Shown in pieces: positions 27,757 through 32,000 of a stretch of DNA of 32,000 nucleotides. The notes beneath the pieces are model-generated. The model did no database searches. It was not told the DNA's origin and worked only from the letters and a program-made list of their open reading frames with translations. Position 1 is the first letter of the stretch, and each line of letters starts with the position of its first letter. The translations under genes were made by a program, and so were the position numbers. This DNA comes from Paramicrosporidium saccamoebae KSL3 (Eukaryota > Fungi > Cryptomycota), in assembly GCA_002794465.1 (NCBI GenBank), contig MTSL01000063.1, forward strand, positions 12,096 to 44,095, given 5' to 3'.

Positions 27757-29718
27757 ATGAGCGGGGCCCGCCGGTCCCTTGGCACAAATTTCTGTTTTTT
27801 GAAACCATTTTTCGCGGATATAAAATTGCCCACAAGATATTTGGCAGTTAGATGGGCCACTACGTGTAACTTTGGTGGGTTTGAGCACTGATCGTCCCTA
27901 GTCCCATTGAGACCATATCAAGAAGATTGCATCCAAGTGTGTCTGGATGAATACGCAAAAGGAGTGCGGCGACAGGCAGTGTCTCTTCCCGTGGGATCTG
28001 GAAAGACGGTACTTTTTAGCTTGGTTAACTATATTCTCCAGGTTGTCTTTGCCAATCTCATTTCGAGACTACCACAACTAAAGTCGGGAGCAAACAAAGT
28101 GCTGGTCCTTGCACATCGAGAGGAGCTATTGATCCAGGCCCAGCGACAAATACAGAGAGTTGCACCTCATCTAAAAGTTGCAATAGAACGAGGAAGATAT
28201 TGGAGCAACCATGAGGATGACGATGTCATTATTGCCAGCGTTCCCACCCTGGGTCGCAGTGACTCTGCTGCCCGTCTCGAGCGATTTGATTTCAAGAGCT
28301 TTAAAGCGATTATTGTTGACGAGGCACACCATTCGGTAGCTGATACTTATTTACGCATTATGCGCCACTTTCGGGTGATCTCTCAGGATGGAAGCAGGCC
28401 AGAGTCAGAAGCATTGGTGTGGGGATGCTCAGCTACATTTCGACGGAACGACGAGCTTGTCCTTGGGTCAGTCTTTGAAAAGATTATTTATCACGTTGAC
28501 ATTGCTACTTTGATGAATGAGGGGTTTCTATGTAGGGTGGAGACAAAGGAGATTTACACAGATATTGATCTTTGCAAGGTAAAAATGATCCGAGGTGATT
28601 TTGAAATGAGAGAGCTGTCGCTTGCCATCGATACTCCAGTGCGGAATGAATTGGTGGCAGCCATGTGGGATGAAATTGCCAACAAAAAGAATGCGAAAAA
28701 GGCAACTATTGTTTTTGCTCTAACCGTGGAGCATGCGCGCAATCTAGCCGCCGCTTTTGGCGAGCTTGGCACTAGAACGGCCCTAATAACCGGCGAGACG
28801 AACGAATCCACCCGAAAGGCAATTTTGGCCCAATTTTGCGCCGGTGAGATTCCCGTTTTACTGAATTGTGCCGTTTTAACGGAAGGGACTGATCTGCCAA
28901 TTACCGATTGCATTGTCATGACAAGACCCACTTGCAACTCGAGTTTGTACATTCAAATGGTGGGGCGAGGCCTGAGAATGCACGACGGAAAACAGTCATG
29001 CCTTGTCTTGGACTTTATCGACAAGATCCGATCCAAAAATCGAAGTCTGATCACTTTTCCGTCACTCTTTGCCGCCAAACAAGAATACGAGACAGGCGAA
29101 CGAGAGGGCGATTGTGAGTCAAAGCCCAAGTATAGGCCTGGCGAAGTAGATCCCAGCAAGATTTCGATCAAAGTTCAAAGTAAAAGTTTGCATGAGCAAC
29201 CTGCGTCGTCTCCAGGATTTGGTCTTGCCTGGATACTGTTGGATAGCGACCACTTTGCCTTGGCTACTCGTAGTGGAAATTACGTACTTGAGCTTGACCC
29301 TGAAAATCGTGGGCGCGGGAAATTGCTTAGCGTGGAAAAATGCCGCACTCCGATCCCAAGTCTTCGGAAATCTCGCGTCTATTACGAAACTGAGGCAATT
29401 AGCAAGGAATGGTGCCCAGTTCATGAGATTGTTCCCCAGTTAATAACCCGTCTTGAGGACGAGGGAAACATTGATTCCGTCCGGGTTGATGCATACTGGC
29501 GGAGGATTGCACCTCTGACTCCAAATCAGAAGAGTCTTTTATTCAAGGTTCTTGTCCAGATTCCGGGAATCGACTCTTCATGTTTGGCGCAAGTGCATTC
29601 CTGGTCTGTTGGGCGGGCATCTGATCTGATTACCAAATACTACTTGCGCTATCGTCTCCTAAAGCGGCCCTTTGAAAATTTCAAAGATTATATATCTGGT
29701 GTAGAAACTTATAAATAG
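27757..29718 (+). CDS. IRC3: Irc3-like mitochondrial DExH (SF2) helicase, 3 exons
   Basis: Arg-rich presequence-like exon 1, intron 27866-27901, then LRPYQ, GSGKT (intron 28009-28041), DEAHH, GCSAT, NCAVLTEGTD and QMVGRGLR. Confidence 0.82.
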
Positions 29719-29730
29719 CTTAACAGGGCA

Positions 29731-29775
29731 CGAGCCGAGTTGAGTTGAGTTGAGTTGGTTTGAGCGGAGTGGAGT
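29731..29775. repeat. Pentanucleotide microsatellite, (TGAGT)n-like, about 9 units
   Basis: CGAGC CGAGT TGAGT TGAGT TGAGT TGGTT TGAGC GGAGT GGAGT. Confidence 0.8.
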
Positions 29776-29971
29776 AGATGCCATGTATTAGCAGGGCGGT
29801 AAATATCATACTTTTGCGTATCAGAAAACTGGGGTAAATATCATATATTGAAAGGGTGGGTATATGTCATGTAATCATAAGTAGCCGGACTGTCTAGTCA
29901 TGCTATTATATAAATAATCAAGACAAGTGCCATACTAATCTATAAAATCGTTGGTGCAGTTTGGTTGGTCA

Positions 29972-31815
29972 ATGGGACTACTAGTCCTTGTTGGATGTTG
30001 GATTGTCGCCTCTATTGTAGTTGCAAAATTGCTGCAGAGATATCGAAATCCAAGGACAACACATGGATTGATTCTTTTTGTCGTCTTTTTGTGTTGGCTA
30101 TTCCCCTTTTCGATAACATTTCTGCTACCAATTGACGTGTCATCGACCCGCTATGAGCAATGTCTGGTAGATAATCCTGTGGGTGAGTGTGTTCAGTCTT
30201 GGTTGTACGTCCCCCCCGCACCTCGTCGGGCCAGCTGGCTGGTTGTTTATTGGAGCACATTTGTTCTCTCATGGTATCCTTATCCAACTTGGTTATCATC
30301 TCTAGGATGTTTGTCCCGTTCCTGCAAGGATACGTGGTTGCAGGAGAGTTTGACATGCTTGGAAAGGCTTGGTATTCTCTCCGTCTAAATCTACTATTCT
30401 ACGGCGCCATGGTTTCCTTCTTGTCCGTGCTGGTGCTTTATCTGGTTTTTCTCACAACAATAACCACTTGGGAGGGGATCGGAGCATTCCTGATGGCGCT
30501 GTCCAACGCAATCGGTCTATTGGCGGTTCTTTTCTTCCTTGGACACGGTCTCATTCGTATTCCTCGCAGATTATGGCACGCCAGCGACTTTAAGAGACAG
30601 CTGAGAAAGTTGGAAGCCCGTGCCCTTGCAACAAAGGAGAATCTTCAGGACGCAGACGATGAACTGGCAACTTTGACAAGAGATGTCCAGGCCCTGCCTT
30701 ATCGAACTCGCCACCATCCAGAATTGCAGCCATATGTCGACGAGTTGTTGGCTACGGCTCCGGTGCCTTCCGACGATGAATTGCTCTATCCTCGGCGTTC
30801 CTCAAATCCTGATCAACCACGCTCTTCTATAGACCTGCACCAATTAGAACAATTGAATTATCAAATCCGTGAAGCCATCAGCCGCAGAGACCGATTAACT
30901 TGGGAGTGGAGGGATCTGCTTGAGAACGCATGGTACTGGCAAGATGTTCAAAGCAACCTTGCTGCTGGTCAAGGCCTCGGCTGGCGCTCCAGTGTAGAAC
31001 CTCCAATACGTTCCGTTTGGCGCAGGAAATTTTGTTGGTGGTGGAGAGTGCATTTTTGCTCATTAACGCTGCGTTTTCTAAGCATCTGCTGCATCATTTT
31101 ATCCTTTGCCGTGTTTTGGTCAGAGGTTACTTTGGCTTTTACAAACGCAGATCTTTCTCTGGTCCGGCCTCTGATCGGCCTCAGATTAGGGGCTGTCGAG
31201 ACACTGACTGGCGCCCTGCTGATTTATTTGGTTCTATGTACATACAGCTCCTTCCTCAAGCTGCGAGTTCTCTCCTACTTTCATCTTGTTCCTGGCCAGC
31301 ATACCGATGAAAAGAGTCTCCTTTTCTTTGCGGCATACATTACCCGTCTGACATTTCCTTTGGGATATAATTATGTCACCTTGGTTGATCGAGCCCTCAA
31401 CACGGAGTTTGCAAAGGTCATGGGGACTATGAACCTCGTTCCGCTCCTCGGAGGCTATTTTAATCTCTACGTTCCCCTCTCCCTCTCCATAATTTGTCTA
31501 TTTACAATTGTAAAGTCCAATCGCTCTGGCCACGAGTCGAGACATGATAATAATGACGGGAGAGAGATGATATCTCAGGCTAGGAGAATGGAGGAACGCG
31601 AGAATCATGCACGCATTCGTCTCTACTCTTCAAATATATCAAGCTGGAGACAGAGCCGGTATGCCTCTTCCTTCCCCGTTGATAGCGTCGGTGTGCCTCG
31701 AAGAGAAGATCGATCGGGTAGTCCTCACGATGAGATTGGCCACCTAAGCAGCCCTCACAGCAGTAAAAGTCCGTCGCCCCGTGCCTCTGCTTCAAACAGT
31801 TGGATGCGCACATAG
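29972..31815 (+). CDS. LMBR1-family membrane protein (LMBRD2-like), 2 exons
   Basis: LLPIDVSST, WLVVYWSTFVLSW, then after intron 30274-30305 PFLQGY. Also LGHGLIRIPRRLW, TDEKSLLFFAAYITRLTFPLGYNY and T.F.KVMG.MNLVPLLG. Confidence 0.87.
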
Positions 31816-32000
31816 AGCCCTTTGCTTATAAAGTCGTTTGTGATTGATAAATAATATAGTGGAGTATGGGTCAAGAATAAAGGTTATATTGCGAGAGATT
31901 ACATTTATGGATCTCAATCCCTCGGCCCCATAATAAATCACAGTGGGCTCTTGGTAACTAATATATGGATCAATGATCTCTATTACAACCCCCCCCCCCC

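Noticed and set aside
31989-32000. Terminal poly-C run as a telomere
   Set aside because: It is a pure homopolymer cut by the window edge, with no telomeric repeat unit. It may be a low-complexity tract or an assembly artefact.
1-32000. tRNA (including tRNA-Sec), rRNA, snRNA or transposase genes
   Set aside because: By eye I found no cloverleaf with A/B boxes, rRNA signature or transposase/RT motif. A tRNAscan-SE/Secmarker/Infernal scan would be needed to exclude them formally.

Overview
Gene-dense eukaryotic nuclear DNA with fungal-type genes, about 20 complete protein-coding genes in 32 kb. Spacers are often only 50-150 bp and the GT-AG introns are very short (about 29-42 nt). This resembles a compact early-diverging fungal genome, for example Rozellomycota such as Paramicrosporidium; the taxon is an inference. 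In order, the genes are: V-ATPase subunit a, a Pho80/Pcl-type cyclin, a TBRG1-like FYRN/FYRC protein, SERF, selenoprotein H, eIF1A, DNA polymerase delta catalytic subunit, DOA1, TRM13, DCP1, a REXO1/Rex3-like exonuclease, RPL13, RPS16, complex I subunit NDUFS5, mitochondrial uL4m, a PPR-like protein, a CKAP2-like protein, MRD1, COX16, RPS12, an IRC3-like helicase and an LMBR1-family protein. The main discovery is a 4-exon selenoprotein H gene (5366-5840, minus strand), which the ORF track misses. It has an in-frame TGA in a CxxU motif and a canonical SECIS hairpin in its 3' UTR, while other genes here use TGA as an ordinary stop. Second, all three cytosolic ribosomal protein genes have a 5' UTR intron carrying a shared (CATC)n motif. 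SERF, NDUFS5, full DCP1 and the N-terminus of the TBRG1-like gene were also recovered by manual splicing. All gene models were spliced by hand, without transcript evidence.
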